Positions 19,148 through 30,011 of a stretch of 64,000 bases of DNA are shown in pieces. The notes beneath the pieces were generated by a model, which was given only the letters and a program-made list of their open reading frames with translations, was not told where the DNA came from and did not search any database. How positions within the stretch are numbered: the first letter of the stretch is position 1; every line of letters starts with the position of its first letter. The DNA comes from Bacteroidales bacterium H4 (GTDB lineage Bacteria > Bacillota > Clostridia > Lachnospirales > Lachnospiraceae), in assembly GCA_963650795.1 (NCBI GenBank), contig CAVJMX010000002.1:7150-71149 (forward strand), read 5' to 3'. A program made the position numbers and the translations under genes.

Positions 19148-20389
19148 ATGATAATCAAAAAATTTACGGGGAAGACAGAAGCGGAAGCCACAGAGGCTGC
19201 GAAAAAGGAACTTGGAAGTAACCTTGTGATCATGAATGTGCGTGAGGTAAAAAAGAAAGGATTGTTTGCTTTCCTGTTACCGAAGCAGATAGAGGTTACC
19301 GCGGCACTGGAGGAGGAAGCACCGGCAAGACCGCAATACGGCAGCATACTCCGGACAGCAGCGGATAAGGAGATCCGGACGGAGCAGCAGAATCTGTCAG
19401 CAAAAAACAGCACAGAGAACATCGAAAAAAAGCTGGACAGTTTACAGACACTGCTAGAGAGCCAGTTAAATAACAGACAGTCCGAAAAAGAAGAATCCAC
19501 AAAGACGCAGGATGTACCGGATGCCGAAGGAAAAGAGGATAAGCCCCAGGATATGGCTGTTGCGGAGAAAAAGGAAGAAGAGAAAAATCCCGAACAGGAT
19601 AAATTCATACGACTTCTGTATAATAAGATGCTGGATAATGAAATGGATGAAAAATATGTCAACAGCATTCTGGAGGACGCTTCGAAGACAAAAAAAGCAG
19701 ATCTGCCATTTGACTATCTGCTGGCTAATATCTATCAGAAGATGGTACTCAAATTCGGAAAATCCGAAGGAATCACTCCTTCAGAGAAAGGCCCCAGAAT
19801 CGTACTGTTCATCGGACCTACGGGAGTGGGTAAGACGACTACCATAGCGAAGCTTGCCGGCAGATATTGTGTGGAAGAGAAAAAGAAAGTAGCACTTTTG
19901 ACGGCAGACACTTACCGTATTGCTGCAGCGGAACAGCTCAGAACCTATGCAAATATTTTAGAGACTCCGTTTCGGATCATCTATACCCCGGAGGAACTGC
20001 AGGCAGCGGTGGAGGATTATTGGGACTGTGATTATATTTTTATAGATACAGCGGGGAGATCACATCAGAATACGGATCAGCTGGAGAAAATGAAGGAAAT
20101 GGTGGCAGCACTGAAGAAACCGGGAAATTATCAGGTGTTTTTGGTTTTAAGTGCAACTACCAAATACAGGGATCTTCAGAGGATTGCGGATTGTTACGGT
20201 AAGATCGCAGACTTTGAGCTGATCTTTACCAAGTTGGATGAAACAGAGGCAGTGGGGAATCTGCTGAATATGAAGCTTTATACCGATGCGCCGATCGCTT
20301 ATGTGACCTGCGGACAGAATGTTCCGGACGATATGGAAGCATTCAATCCACAGAAGACAGTGAAGCAGATCCTTGGCGGAAAGGAATAA
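19148..20389 (+). CDS. flhF: SRP-family GTPase FlhF
   Basis: GPTGVGKTTT, DTYRIAA, DTAGR, TKLDE. Confidence 0.96.
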   Translation: MIIKKFTGKTEAEATEAAKKELGSNLVIMNVREVKKKGLFAFLLPKQIEVTAALEEEAPARPQYGSILRTAADKEIRTEQQNLSAKNSTENIEKKLDSLQTLLESQLNNRQSEKEESTKTQDVPDAEGKEDKPQDMAVAEKKEEEKNPEQDKFIRLLYNKMLDNEMDEKYVNSILEDASKTKKADLPFDYLLANIYQKMVLKFGKSEGITPSEKGPRIVLFIGPTGVGKTTTIAKLAGRYCVEEKKKVALLTADTYRIAAAEQLRTYANILETPFRIIYTPEELQAAVEDYWDCDYIFIDTAGRSHQNTDQLEKMKEMVAALKKPGNYQVFLVLSATTKYRDLQRIADCYGKIADFELIFTKLDETEAVGNLLNMKLYTDAPIAYVTCGQNVPDDMEAFNPQKTVKQILGGKE

Positions 20390-20413
20390 GCTTTTACAGA
20401 AAGGCGCGGGAAA

Positions 20414-21304
20414 ATGGATCAGGCGGAACAGTTAAGGATCATTAAAGCAAATCAGCAGATACGACCTACTGCAAGAGTCATTACCGTCACCTCCGGCAAG
20501 GGAGGTGTCGGAAAATCCAATATGTCCATCAATCTGGCAATTCAATTTCGTAAAATGGGGAAACGAGTGATCATTCTGGATGCGGACTTTGGACTGGCTA
20601 ACATAGAGATCATGTTCGGAACGGTACCGAAGCACAATCTGTGTGATCTGGTCTATGAGGGCAAGAGCATCAGCGACATCATTACCTGGGGACCTATGGA
20701 GGTAGGCTTTATCTCCGGTGGCTCGGGCATCGCTGGCATGTCGAACCTGGGGCGGGATGCGCTGACCTGCATCATACAGAATCTGGCCCAGTTGGATGCT
20801 GTGACAGATGTGATCATTGTGGATACCGGTGCAGGAATTTCGGAAAGCGTGCTGGAATTTTTAGTGGCCAGCGGAGAAGTACTTCTGGTGACCACACCGG
20901 AACCGACTTCTATCACAGACTCTTATTCATTATTGAAGGCTTTGTACAGACATCCGAGGTTCGAGGAAGATTATACCAAGGTCAAAATGGTAGCCAACCG
21001 GGTGGATAATGTGAAGGAAGGACAGATATTGTTCGATAAACTGAATGCGGTAGTCACCAGATACCTGAAGACTTCTATGGAATATCTGGGATGTGTGCCG
21101 CAGGATCCGCAGGTCGTGCAGGCGGTGATGCAGCAGGTACCGGTATCCATACAGAACCCCGGGGCAAAATCCAGTCAGGCATATGAGCGGATCGCGCGAA
21201 GACTGTGCGACAAGGCACAGGAGGAACAGAAAAGACGCGGAATGGCAGCTTTTTTCTCACACATTATAGGAACCAGGAATGGAGCTGCAAAACAATCCAG
21301 ATAA
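20414..21304 (+). CDS. flhG: MinD-like ATPase FlhG/FleN
   Basis: DQAEQLR N-terminus; SGKGGVGKS; TPEPTS. Confidence 0.93.
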   Translation: MDQAEQLRIIKANQQIRPTARVITVTSGKGGVGKSNMSINLAIQFRKMGKRVIILDADFGLANIEIMFGTVPKHNLCDLVYEGKSISDIITWGPMEVGFISGGSGIAGMSNLGRDALTCIIQNLAQLDAVTDVIIVDTGAGISESVLEFLVASGEVLLVTTPEPTSITDSYSLLKALYRHPRFEEDYTKVKMVANRVDNVKEGQILFDKLNAVVTRYLKTSMEYLGCVPQDPQVVQAVMQQVPVSIQNPGAKSSQAYERIARRLCDKAQEEQKRRGMAAFFSHIIGTRNGAAKQSR

Positions 21305-21319
21305 GTGAGGTACAAAAAT

Positions 21320-22051
21320 ATGTTGTCCAGATTTGTGGAAGAAGGATCCAAAGTAGAACTCCGGGCGCTGGAACGCGGGCTGGGTGAAAAAGGTGCGGAA
21401 AATACGACAAAGACATATCAGAGCCGTGTGCTGCAGATTCTCTCGGAGGACACTCTGGAGATTTCCATGCCAATGGAACAGACCAAACTGATCCTTCTGC
21501 CAGTGGAGAGCGAATATGATATGGTGTTTTTTGAGGAGAACAGCCTGTATCAGTGTTTTGCCAGAATAGTGGACCGTTATAAGAGCAACAATGTCTACGT
21601 GTTGGTCATGGAACTGACCAGCAATCTCAGAAAATATCAGCGAAGAGAATATTATCGTTTCAGCTGTGCTCTAGACATGTGTGCCAGGAATCTGGAGGAG
21701 GAAGAGATCGAGGCACTGGAGAAAAATTCTCCCTATGAATTACAGCCGGGACTTCCTTTGAAGCATAGTGTTATCGTAGATATCAGCGGCGGGGGATTAC
21801 GGTTCATGTCAACGCAGAGATACGAACCGGGCAGCCTGATCCTGTGCAGTTATCATTTGTTCACGAAGGACGGCGAGAGGAAAAAATACGATGTGGTAGG
21901 CAAGGTGCTGGCGGTACGGGAACTGGAGAACAGAAAGGGAACCTTTGAACACAGAGTCCAGTACTACAATCTGGATGTGAATACCCGGGAAGAGATCATA
22001 CGTTTTATATTCGAAGAAGAACGTAAGAGCCGCAAAAAGGAGAGAATGTAG
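21320..22051 (+). CDS. PilZ-domain c-di-GMP-binding flagellar brake protein (YcgR/MotI-like)
   Basis: QRREYYR (RxxxR) and DISGGG (DxSxxG) motifs intact. Confidence 0.9.
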   Translation: MLSRFVEEGSKVELRALERGLGEKGAENTTKTYQSRVLQILSEDTLEISMPMEQTKLILLPVESEYDMVFFEENSLYQCFARIVDRYKSNNVYVLVMELTSNLRKYQRREYYRFSCALDMCARNLEEEEIEALEKNSPYELQPGLPLKHSVIVDISGGGLRFMSTQRYEPGSLILCSYHLFTKDGERKKYDVVGKVLAVRELENRKGTFEHRVQYYNLDVNTREEIIRFIFEEERKSRKKERM

Positions 22052-22053
22052 TA

Positions 22054-23136
22054 ATGCCGAAAAAAATACTGCTTGTAGATGACTCTGCACTTATGAGAAG
22101 AATACTGTGTGATATAATAGATGCAGACATAAGATTCCAGGTGGCTGACAGGGCAAAAGACGGATTGGAAGCCTTTGACCTGTTGAGCAGAAACAGCTAC
22201 GATGCGGTAGTCCTGGATGTAAATATGCCGCGAATGAACGGATTGCAGTTGTTACAGGAGCTGCGGAAATACAAGATTCCGGTCCGAGTGATGATGGCGA
22301 GTACCGACACCAGGGAAGGCGCCAGAACTACGCTGGATGCTCTGGAACTGGGAGCACTGGATTTTGTACATAAGCCGGACAGTGCAGTGGACTGCCGGGG
22401 CGAGAATTTCCGAAGAGAGTTTCTGCGAACACTGAATGTGGTAGCAAACAGTAAGTTGCCGACATTTGCTGCGGAGGAAAAGCTTTCCGAAGAGAAGAGC
22501 ACCGTAAAAGAGATGATGAAGATCATCAATCATCATCCGGTCAGCGTGTCCGGCAGCAAGATCGTAGCGATCGCCAGCTCCACGGGAGGTCCGAAGTCGC
22601 TTCAGTCCGTGATCCCTCTTCTACCGGCCAATTTAGATGCACCGGTGTTAGTTGTACAGCACATGCCGGTGGGATTTACAGCATCCCTGGCAGAGAGACT
22701 GGACAATTTGAGTCAGCTTCATGTAAAGGAAGCAGCAGAGGGAGAAGAACTGAAAAAGGGATGGGTCTATATCGCTATGGGCGGTAAACACCTGAATGTC
22801 GTCACTTCTCCGGCAGGACGACATACCCTGCATTTGTCGGAGGAGCCTTACAGAGAGGGTGTCAGACCCTGTGCAAATTATATGTATGAATCATTGCAAA
22901 ACAGCCGTTTTGATACGGTAGTATGTGCCGTAATGACGGGCATGGGAGCAGACGGAACGGAAGGAATCAGCAAATTAAAATCTTCCGGGAAGACATATGT
23001 GATCGCACAGGATCAGGATACCAGTGTAGTATTTGGAATGCCTAAAAGTATAATCCAGGCAGGGCTTGCCGATCAGGTAGTACCCTTAGACCAGATAGCC
23101 CAGGAGATCATACTGCATGTAGGAGTAAGCAAGTAA
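22054..23136 (+). CDS. cheB: Chemotaxis methylesterase CheB
   Basis: Receiver domain plus ASSTGGP, QHMP, TGMGADG. Confidence 0.97.
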   Translation: MPKKILLVDDSALMRRILCDIIDADIRFQVADRAKDGLEAFDLLSRNSYDAVVLDVNMPRMNGLQLLQELRKYKIPVRVMMASTDTREGARTTLDALELGALDFVHKPDSAVDCRGENFRREFLRTLNVVANSKLPTFAAEEKLSEEKSTVKEMMKIINHHPVSVSGSKIVAIASSTGGPKSLQSVIPLLPANLDAPVLVVQHMPVGFTASLAERLDNLSQLHVKEAAEGEELKKGWVYIAMGGKHLNVVTSPAGRHTLHLSEEPYREGVRPCANYMYESLQNSRFDTVVCAVMTGMGADGTEGISKLKSSGKTYVIAQDQDTSVVFGMPKSIIQAGLADQVVPLDQIAQEIILHVGVSK

Positions 23137-23187
23137 GCAATACATGCCGCTTTCGGCGATACCGTGGCAGGCAGAATGGAGGAAGAG

Positions 23188-25287
23188 ATGGACGTAAGCC
23201 AATATCTTGAAATTTTTCTGGATGAAACAAATGAACATCTGCAGAACCTGAATACACAGATTCTGGAACTGGAGTCAGACCCTGAGAACATGGACAATAT
23301 CAATGAGATATTCCGTGCGGCACATTCCCTGAAAGGAATGGCGGGAACCATGGGTTACAAGCGCATGCAGAATCTGACCCATGATATGGAGAATGTGTTC
23401 TCGGAAGTGCGTAACGGTAACATTAAAGTAAAGCCGGAGATGATCGATGTATTGTTCCAGTGCCTGGATGCTTTGGAGGAATACAAGAATAATATTCAGG
23501 AGACCTCTGATGAGGGAACCAATGACAACGAGAACCTCATCAAAGCACTGAACGATATCTTAAACGGTGGCAAGACCGAAGCACCCGCAGCAAAGGAAGA
23601 AGCACCCGCAGCTGCAGTGCCCACAGCGGAAGCCGGCACAGAAGGTACTGAAAAATGGAATGACATTGCTTTTGACGACAGCCAGATCCGTGTGATCAGA
23701 GAGGCTATGAAACAGGGCAAAAATGTATACGGAATCAATGTGGTGGTACAGGAGACCTGCATACTGAAGGCAGCAAGAGCTTTTCTGGTATTCAAGGCAG
23801 TGGAAGAAAAAGGTGAGATCATCGTATCCATGCCCAGCGCACAGGATGTGGAAGATGAGAAATTCGATAAGGATTTCACTCTGATCGTATTATCCGATTA
23901 TTCCCTGGATGATATCATCAAGGCGGCCGAGAGCGTATCCGAGATCGCACAGGTAACCGGTGGCGTTCTGGAGCTGGAGAAGACCAAGAATTATCATCCC
24001 GAAGAAGAGACTGTCGAACCCGTAGAGGAGAAAAAGGAAGCCGTAGCGGAAGTTAAGGCAGAGCCTAAGAGGGAAGAGAAAAAACCCGTGGCTGCAGCCA
24101 AGGCTCCGGAGAAGAAGCCTGCAAATAAGCCGGTAGTGAACCGTACCGTACGTGTGGATATTGAAAAACTGGATTCCCTGATGAATCTGGTAAGTGAATT
24201 GATCATTGCAAAGAACTCTCTGGTAGCGGCATCCAGCAGCGACCAGGGTAACAATACTGCTTTCAATGAGCAGATTGAATATCTGGAGAATGTTACCACG
24301 AATCTCCACGAATCCGTGATGAAGGTACGAATGGTACCTATTGAGAGCGTTGTTGTGAAGTTCCCCAGAATGATCCGGGATCTGTCCAAGAAGCTGGATA
24401 AGAAGATGGAACTGTATATGACCGGTGAAGAGACTGAGCTGGATCGTACCGTGGTGGATGAGATCGGAGATCCTCTGATGCATCTGCTCCGTAACTCTGC
24501 CGATCACGGTCTGGAGTCCGCAGAAGTGCGTGCACAGCGCGGAAAGCCGGAGCAGGGATCTATTTTCCTGGATGCATATCAGGATGGCAATAACGTAGTC
24601 ATCGAAGTAAGAGATGACGGCAACGGTATTGACGTGGAAGCTGTTAAGAATAAAGCAATCGAGCGTAATCTGGTAACCGCAGAGCAGGCAGCCAACATGC
24701 CGGAAAAGGATATTATCAATCTGCTGTTCCAGCCCGGCTTCTCTACTTCCGAGAAGGTAACCGATGTATCCGGAAGAGGTGTGGGACTGGATGTCGTGAA
24801 GTCCAAGATCGAATCCTTAAGCGGTGAAGTGGAAGTGAAGTCCAAGTGGGGCGAGGGAAGTACCTGGACGATCCGTCTGCCGTTAACCCTTGCGATCATT
24901 CAGGCTCTGATGGTAGTCGTAGGCGGAGAAAAGTATGCAATCTCCCTGGGATCTATCCAGACGATTGAAGATATCTCCCCGAAGGACATCAAGCTGGTTG
25001 AGAATAAAGAGGTCATCAATTTAAGAGGAACTGTAATCCCTCTGATCCGTCTGACAGAAGTGCTGGATGTCGGGAGCACCAGATCCCCGGAGGACAACCT
25101 GATCGTTGTTATCGTCAAGAAGGGCGACAAGATGGCAGGCCTTGTCATCGACGAACTGATCGGACAGCAGGAGATCGTTATCAAGTCTCTTGGAAAATAC
25201 ATCAAGCAGTGCAAATTCATCAGTGGCGCAACGATCCTCGGAGACGGTGAGGTAGCACTGATCCTGGATGCCAATGCATTACTGTAA
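23188..25287 (+). CDS. cheA: Chemotaxis histidine kinase CheA
   Basis: Hpt FRAAHSLKG; HLLRNSADHG; DDGNG; GRGVGLDVV; CheW domain. Confidence 0.98.
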   Translation: MDVSQYLEIFLDETNEHLQNLNTQILELESDPENMDNINEIFRAAHSLKGMAGTMGYKRMQNLTHDMENVFSEVRNGNIKVKPEMIDVLFQCLDALEEYKNNIQETSDEGTNDNENLIKALNDILNGGKTEAPAAKEEAPAAAVPTAEAGTEGTEKWNDIAFDDSQIRVIREAMKQGKNVYGINVVVQETCILKAARAFLVFKAVEEKGEIIVSMPSAQDVEDEKFDKDFTLIVLSDYSLDDIIKAAESVSEIAQVTGGVLELEKTKNYHPEEETVEPVEEKKEAVAEVKAEPKREEKKPVAAAKAPEKKPANKPVVNRTVRVDIEKLDSLMNLVSELIIAKNSLVAASSSDQGNNTAFNEQIEYLENVTTNLHESVMKVRMVPIESVVVKFPRMIRDLSKKLDKKMELYMTGEETELDRTVVDEIGDPLMHLLRNSADHGLESAEVRAQRGKPEQGSIFLDAYQDGNNVVIEVRDDGNGIDVEAVKNKAIERNLVTAEQAANMPEKDIINLLFQPGFSTSEKVTDVSGRGVGLDVVKSKIESLSGEVEVKSKWGEGSTWTIRLPLTLAIIQALMVVVGGEKYAISLGSIQTIEDISPKDIKLVENKEVINLRGTVIPLIRLTEVLDVGSTRSPEDNLIVVIVKKGDKMAGLVIDELIGQQEIVIKSLGKYIKQCKFISGATILGDGEVALILDANALL

Positions 25288-25295
25288 GGAGGGAG

Positions 25296-25796
25296 ATGAC
25301 AGTTATGGAAGAACTTAGCATGAGAGAAGCATTAAAGGCCGGAGATGAGCGTAAGGTTGAGGAGGAATTTTTCCAGTATATTGTGATCCGCCTCGGAGAA
25401 GAACAGTACGGCATTGATATCCGCTATATCGATAATATTGTAAGAATGCAGCATATCACCAGAGTTCCCAAAGTGCCTGCATACCTGAAGGGTGTGATCA
25501 ATCTCCGTGGAGAAGTATTGCCCGTTATGAGCCTTCGACTGAAAATGGGACTGGAGGCAGACGACATGACCCGTGCTACCAGAATCATTATTTTGAAGCA
25601 GGAGCAGCAGGGAAGCGTAGGAATTATTGTTGACGAAGTGAAGGAGGTTGTTACTCTCGGCACCAGTCAGATTGAAAAAATGTCTCAGCATACCGGCGAA
25701 GGCAGGAAAAGCTTCATCACGGGTGTCGGTAAACACAATGGGGAACTGATCTCTTTACTGGATCTGAATTCCATTACACTGGAGGAAAATGCATAA
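25296..25796 (+). CDS. cheW: Chemotaxis coupling protein CheW
   Basis: ITRVP...GVINLRGEVLPV. Confidence 0.96.
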   Translation: MTVMEELSMREALKAGDERKVEEEFFQYIVIRLGEEQYGIDIRYIDNIVRMQHITRVPKVPAYLKGVINLRGEVLPVMSLRLKMGLEADDMTRATRIIILKQEQQGSVGIIVDEVKEVVTLGTSQIEKMSQHTGEGRKSFITGVGKHNGELISLLDLNSITLEENA

Positions 25797-25809
25797 AGGA
25801 GATGGATCC

Positions 25810-26430
25810 ATGGGAGATCTGAGTTTAGAGAAAGTTTCGGAAACATATCTGGATGTTTTAAAGGAAATCGGCAATATTGGAGCGGGCAACGCTATGACAG
25901 CACTCTCCCAGATGCTTAACTGTAAGGTGGACATGAAAGTACCGCAGGTAAAGCTTTTGGATTTTAACGAAGTAGGAGCCCTGATGGGCGGAGAAGAGCA
26001 GGTAATGGTCGGAGTTTTCTTAGGAGTGGAAGGTGACATTACCGGCAGCATGATGTTTTTGGTAGAACAGAACAGTGCAAAACATCTTCTTCATAAGATA
26101 CTGGGGGATATGGTACAGCAGGATGGATTTTCGGAGATTGAATTTTCAGCCATGAAGGAGATCGGCAACATTATTACAGGTGCCTATCTGAATTCCCTGT
26201 CTATGCTGACGAATCTGACGATCATCCCGACTCCTCCCTCTCTGACTCTGGATATGGCAGGAGCGATCTTAAGTGTGCCCGCCATTGAATTCGGAACATT
26301 GGGAGATAAGATTTTACTGATTCAGTCACAGTTCTATGATGAGGTAGAGATCGACGGTTATTTCATTCTGGTTCCTGATATTGAATCCTATCCCAAAATC
26401 CTGTCATCTTTGGGAATATCGGTGGAATAA
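25810..26430 (+). CDS. cheC: CheY-P phosphatase CheC
   Basis: Two EIGNI motifs; DMAGAILS. Confidence 0.95.
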   Translation: MGDLSLEKVSETYLDVLKEIGNIGAGNAMTALSQMLNCKVDMKVPQVKLLDFNEVGALMGGEEQVMVGVFLGVEGDITGSMMFLVEQNSAKHLLHKILGDMVQQDGFSEIEFSAMKEIGNIITGAYLNSLSMLTNLTIIPTPPSLTLDMAGAILSVPAIEFGTLGDKILLIQSQFYDEVEIDGYFILVPDIESYPKILSSLGISVE

Positions 26431-26460
26431 GGAAGGTAGAAGCAGAAGAAGGGGAGCAGA

Positions 26461-26949
26461 ATGAGCGAGATAATTAAAGTAGGAATGGCGGATCTGAAGA
26501 CCTGCGTAAGTCCTGACGGAGTGACGACTTTGGGACTGGGATCCTGCGTGGGAATAGCAATCCGCGATCCGGTGACGAAAATAGGCGGTCTGGCACATAT
26601 TATGCTGCCGGACAGCACTACAATCCGCAACAGTAACCAGAATATCGCAAAATTTGCAGATACGGGAATCGACGAACTGGTCAGGCAGATGGAAAAGCTC
26701 GGTGCAAGGAAGGCAAGAATGGTTGCCAAGATCGCCGGTGGAGCCACCATGTTCACATTTCAGGGACGTAACGATATGATGCAGGTGGGGGAACGCAACG
26801 TAGAAGCGGTCAAGAAAAAGCTGAAAGAGATCAGTATCCCCATTCTTGCGGAAGATACAGGTAAAAACTACGGAAGAACCGTAACCTTCTATCCCGAGAC
26901 CGGAGAATTTCATATCCGTGCTGTGGGAAGAGATGAATCGGTGATCTGA
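26461..26949 (+). CDS. cheD: Chemoreceptor glutamine deamidase CheD
   Basis: LGLGSCV, AHIMLP, KIAGGA. Confidence 0.96.
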   Translation: MSEIIKVGMADLKTCVSPDGVTTLGLGSCVGIAIRDPVTKIGGLAHIMLPDSTTIRNSNQNIAKFADTGIDELVRQMEKLGARKARMVAKIAGGATMFTFQGRNDMMQVGERNVEAVKKKLKEISIPILAEDTGKNYGRTVTFYPETGEFHIRAVGRDESVI

Positions 26950-26973
26950 CAGGGTTTAGATGGGAAGAAGATT

Positions 26974-27255
26974 ATGAACAGAAAGAACATGCCATTGCTT
27001 CTGATGCTGATCGCGGGTGCATGCACCTGCATCATTACATTGGTAAGATCATACTCAGTGTTGGCAAGCCTGGTGGCGCTTTTTGCGGTGATGCTTTTGT
27101 TTTATTGCCTGGGAAGTGCGATTCGTCTGCTGTTGGACCGATTTGACAGGCAGAACGAGGAGAAGGCAAAGCAGGAGCAGGAAGCGAAGGCGGAAGAAGC
27201 AGCTGCGACGGAAGAAGACGCAGGGCAGAAGGGTGTAAGCGAATCGAATGGATGA
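26974..27255 (+). CDS. Small two-TM hypothetical protein between cheD and fliA
   Basis: 93-aa ORF with two hydrophobic helices and acidic tail; overlaps fliA start. Confidence 0.75.
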   Translation: MNRKNMPLLLMLIAGACTCIITLVRSYSVLASLVALFAVMLLFYCLGSAIRLLLDRFDRQNEEKAKQEQEAKAEEAAATEEDAGQKGVSESNG

Positions 27256-28012
27256 AACCGGTAAGAAAAGGTTATTAGAAGAATATGCTGCTAATAAGCG
27301 ACCGGAGACCAGGGAACAGCTGATAATGGAATATGCTCCGCTTGTGAAAGTTGTAGCCGGAAGACTGAGTATGTACCTGGGATACAACGTGGATTATGAA
27401 GATCTGGTAAGCTATGGTATCTTTGGACTGATCGATGCCATCGACAAGTTCGATTGCATGAAGGAAGTAAAGTTCGAGACCTATGCCAGTCTGCGCATCC
27501 GGGGCGCGATTCTTGACCAGATCCGAAAAATGGACTGGATTCCCCGGACGATCAGACAGCGGCAGAAAAAAATCGATGCTGTCATCAAGGAAGTGGAGCA
27601 GACTACCGGACGCACTGCAACAGACGAAGATATTGCACAGGGATTGGGAATATCCTCCGAGGAATACCTGGACTGGCAGTCCCAGATGAAAGTCACAGGG
27701 TTAGTATCCTTAAATGAATACATGGAGCAGGGCAGTGATGTCTCACAGGATTACAGCAGACATACGACGGCACGATTTGACAGCCCGGAAGAGAGCATAG
27801 AAAAAGAAGAACTGACAAAAGTACTCGGAGAAGCACTGGAACTTTTGACAGAAAAAGAGAAAAAAGTAGTTACTTTATATTATTATGAGGATCTTACGCT
27901 GAAAGAGATCAGTAATATTCTGGAGGTATCGGAATCGCGGGTATCACAGCTGCATACCCGTGCTTTACAGAAGATGAAGACCAAAATGGGGAACTACATG
28001 GGACTTTTATAG
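27248..28012 (+). CDS. fliA: Flagellar sigma factor sigma-28 (FliA/SigD)
   Basis: KFETYASLRIRGAILDQIRKMDW; LTLKEI...SESRVSQLH. Confidence 0.96.
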   Translation: MDETGKKRLLEEYAANKRPETREQLIMEYAPLVKVVAGRLSMYLGYNVDYEDLVSYGIFGLIDAIDKFDCMKEVKFETYASLRIRGAILDQIRKMDWIPRTIRQRQKKIDAVIKEVEQTTGRTATDEDIAQGLGISSEEYLDWQSQMKVTGLVSLNEYMEQGSDVSQDYSRHTTARFDSPEESIEKEELTKVLGEALELLTEKEKKVVTLYYYEDLTLKEISNILEVSESRVSQLHTRALQKMKTKMGNYMGLL

Positions 28013-28063
28013 AACCTGATTGATCTGCACAGAATGCAGGAAGGAAAGGCAGAGGGAAGGCAT

Positions 28064-29653
28064 ATGCAGAACGGATATTTTCAGATAGTAAAAGCCCCTG
28101 GAGGCTATGGCCTGCGGCTCGTACAGCCCAAGGACGGGGGCAGTGACATAAACCTCCAGGAGGTTCTCTTATACCTTGACAGAGAATCGCTGCATTACGA
28201 TCCCATGATGATCAAAAAAGCAATTTTAGACGGTGAAGACACCGTCTGCTTTTTAGAGAGAAAAGATTGTCCGGAACTGGAGGAGACATATAGTATCGAA
28301 GTTGCTCAGGATAACATGCAGGTCACCTTACGCTTTTATCCTGCATCACAGACCGGAACAAGAGCGACTATGGACAGTGTAATCAAAGATCTGAGATTCC
28401 GGAACATAGTCTATGGAATCCAGATGAGTGTTCTGCAGGATCACTTTATGTCTGAGGGAATCTATTGCACAGATCTGGTGGTGGCAAAAGGAAAAGAACC
28501 CAGACATGGAACGGACGCAAATATTAAGTATTATTTCAATACCGATGTTCATGCCAGCCCTACCTTAAATGATGACGGAACGGTGGATTATTTCCACCTG
28601 AATATGATCAACCCCTGCAAGAAGGGGCAGCTTTTGGCGGAAATCGTCCCAGAGGATGAGGGCGAGTACGGAACCACGGTACAGGGCGCTAAGATAAAAC
28701 CGAGACAGGTGAAAAAGGCGCATCTGGAATTTGGCCGTAACATTGAGATCTCTGAAGACCGCAGGAAGATCACTTCTATGGTAGACGGACACGTATCCCT
28801 GGTAGAAGGCAAGGTTTTTGTATCCGATGTCTACGAAGTGGAAAATGTGGACCTGTCCACCGGTAATATTGATTTTGAAGGAAGTGTACAGATCAGGGGC
28901 AATGTGTCATCCAATTTTGTCATCCGGGCGGGTGGCAACGTGATCATCAGCGGTGTCGTGGAAGGCGCATATATCGAAGCCGGCGGCAATATTATCATTG
29001 CAAGAGGCATGAACGGCATGACCAAGGGAATATTGAAAGCCGGCGGCAATATTGTGGCGAAATTTTTGGAGAATTCCACAGCAACAGCCGGTGGATATGT
29101 CAGTACCGAATCCATCCTGCACAGCAATGTGACGGCAGCTACGGAGATTCAGGTAACCGGTAAGAGAGGATTCATCACCGGCGGACATGTACGTGCCGGT
29201 CAGAAGATCGAAGTGAAGACCTTAGGAGCAACCCTGGGTGCCCCCACGGTGGTGGAAGTAGGTGTGGATCCTGAGAAAAAGGCAGAATATATGAGACTTC
29301 AGAAGGAAGTCTCGGAGATCGTTAAAACCATCCGGGGCATTCAGCCGATTCTGGTCAGCTTTGCAGAAAAAAGGAGCAAAGGGGTCCGTTTTACACCGGA
29401 TCAGATCAATTATATCCGGAACTCCGCAGCTATCATGGAGACACAGAAAAAGAGTCTGGAAGAGAAGAACCGCCGAATGCAGGAGCTGCAGCTGGAGTTC
29501 AATCCCCAGGACAGAGCAATGGTATTGGTAAAAGGAGAGGTATATCCCGGCACTACGATCATTATCGGAGATTCTTCCATGCAGGTGAAGAGCACTTATC
29601 ATTACTGTCGTTTTGAGCGTATCGACGGCGATGTGAAGTCCACTCCCCTGTAA
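28064..29653 (+). CDS. FapA/DUF342 family protein
   Basis: VDLSTGNIDFEGSV and repeated A-G-G-N-I beta-helix motifs; after fliA. Confidence 0.88.
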   Translation: MQNGYFQIVKAPGGYGLRLVQPKDGGSDINLQEVLLYLDRESLHYDPMMIKKAILDGEDTVCFLERKDCPELEETYSIEVAQDNMQVTLRFYPASQTGTRATMDSVIKDLRFRNIVYGIQMSVLQDHFMSEGIYCTDLVVAKGKEPRHGTDANIKYYFNTDVHASPTLNDDGTVDYFHLNMINPCKKGQLLAEIVPEDEGEYGTTVQGAKIKPRQVKKAHLEFGRNIEISEDRRKITSMVDGHVSLVEGKVFVSDVYEVENVDLSTGNIDFEGSVQIRGNVSSNFVIRAGGNVIISGVVEGAYIEAGGNIIIARGMNGMTKGILKAGGNIVAKFLENSTATAGGYVSTESILHSNVTAATEIQVTGKRGFITGGHVRAGQKIEVKTLGATLGAPTVVEVGVDPEKKAEYMRLQKEVSEIVKTIRGIQPILVSFAEKRSKGVRFTPDQINYIRNSAAIMETQKKSLEEKNRRMQELQLEFNPQDRAMVLVKGEVYPGTTIIIGDSSMQVKSTYHYCRFERIDGDVKSTPL

Positions 29654-29678
29654 GAGTTCACAGAAAAGAGGCATAGAT

Positions 29679-29987
29679 ATGGCATTTGGCTCTTTAGAGA
29701 TTGCTTCGATCCCCCGGACACAGGATTATACTGTGATGAAGCAGAATGAAGACAACAAGGGGGCATTCCAACAGATGACTCTGGGACAGCAGACGCAGAA
29801 GCACACAGAGCAGCTCACAAAAGAGGTGCACAGCAGTGACAATGCGGACTGGTACACCGGACAATACGACGCCAAAGAAAAAGGAAGTAACGAGTATGCG
29901 GGCAACGGCGGCAAACGTCGCAAAAAGCAGCCGGAAGATGGTGTCGTGGTGAAAAAAGAGCATCAGGGATTTGATATTAAGATCTGA
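29679..29987 (+). CDS. Hypothetical protein (Q-rich, C-terminal FDIKI)
   Basis: 102-aa ORF with SD GAGG, in operon orientation. Confidence 0.75.
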   Translation: MAFGSLEIASIPRTQDYTVMKQNEDNKGAFQQMTLGQQTQKHTEQLTKEVHSSDNADWYTGQYDAKEKGSNEYAGNGGKRRKKQPEDGVVVKKEHQGFDIKI

Positions 29988-30011
29988 CAATGCAAAGGAA
30001 AAACAAGTAAC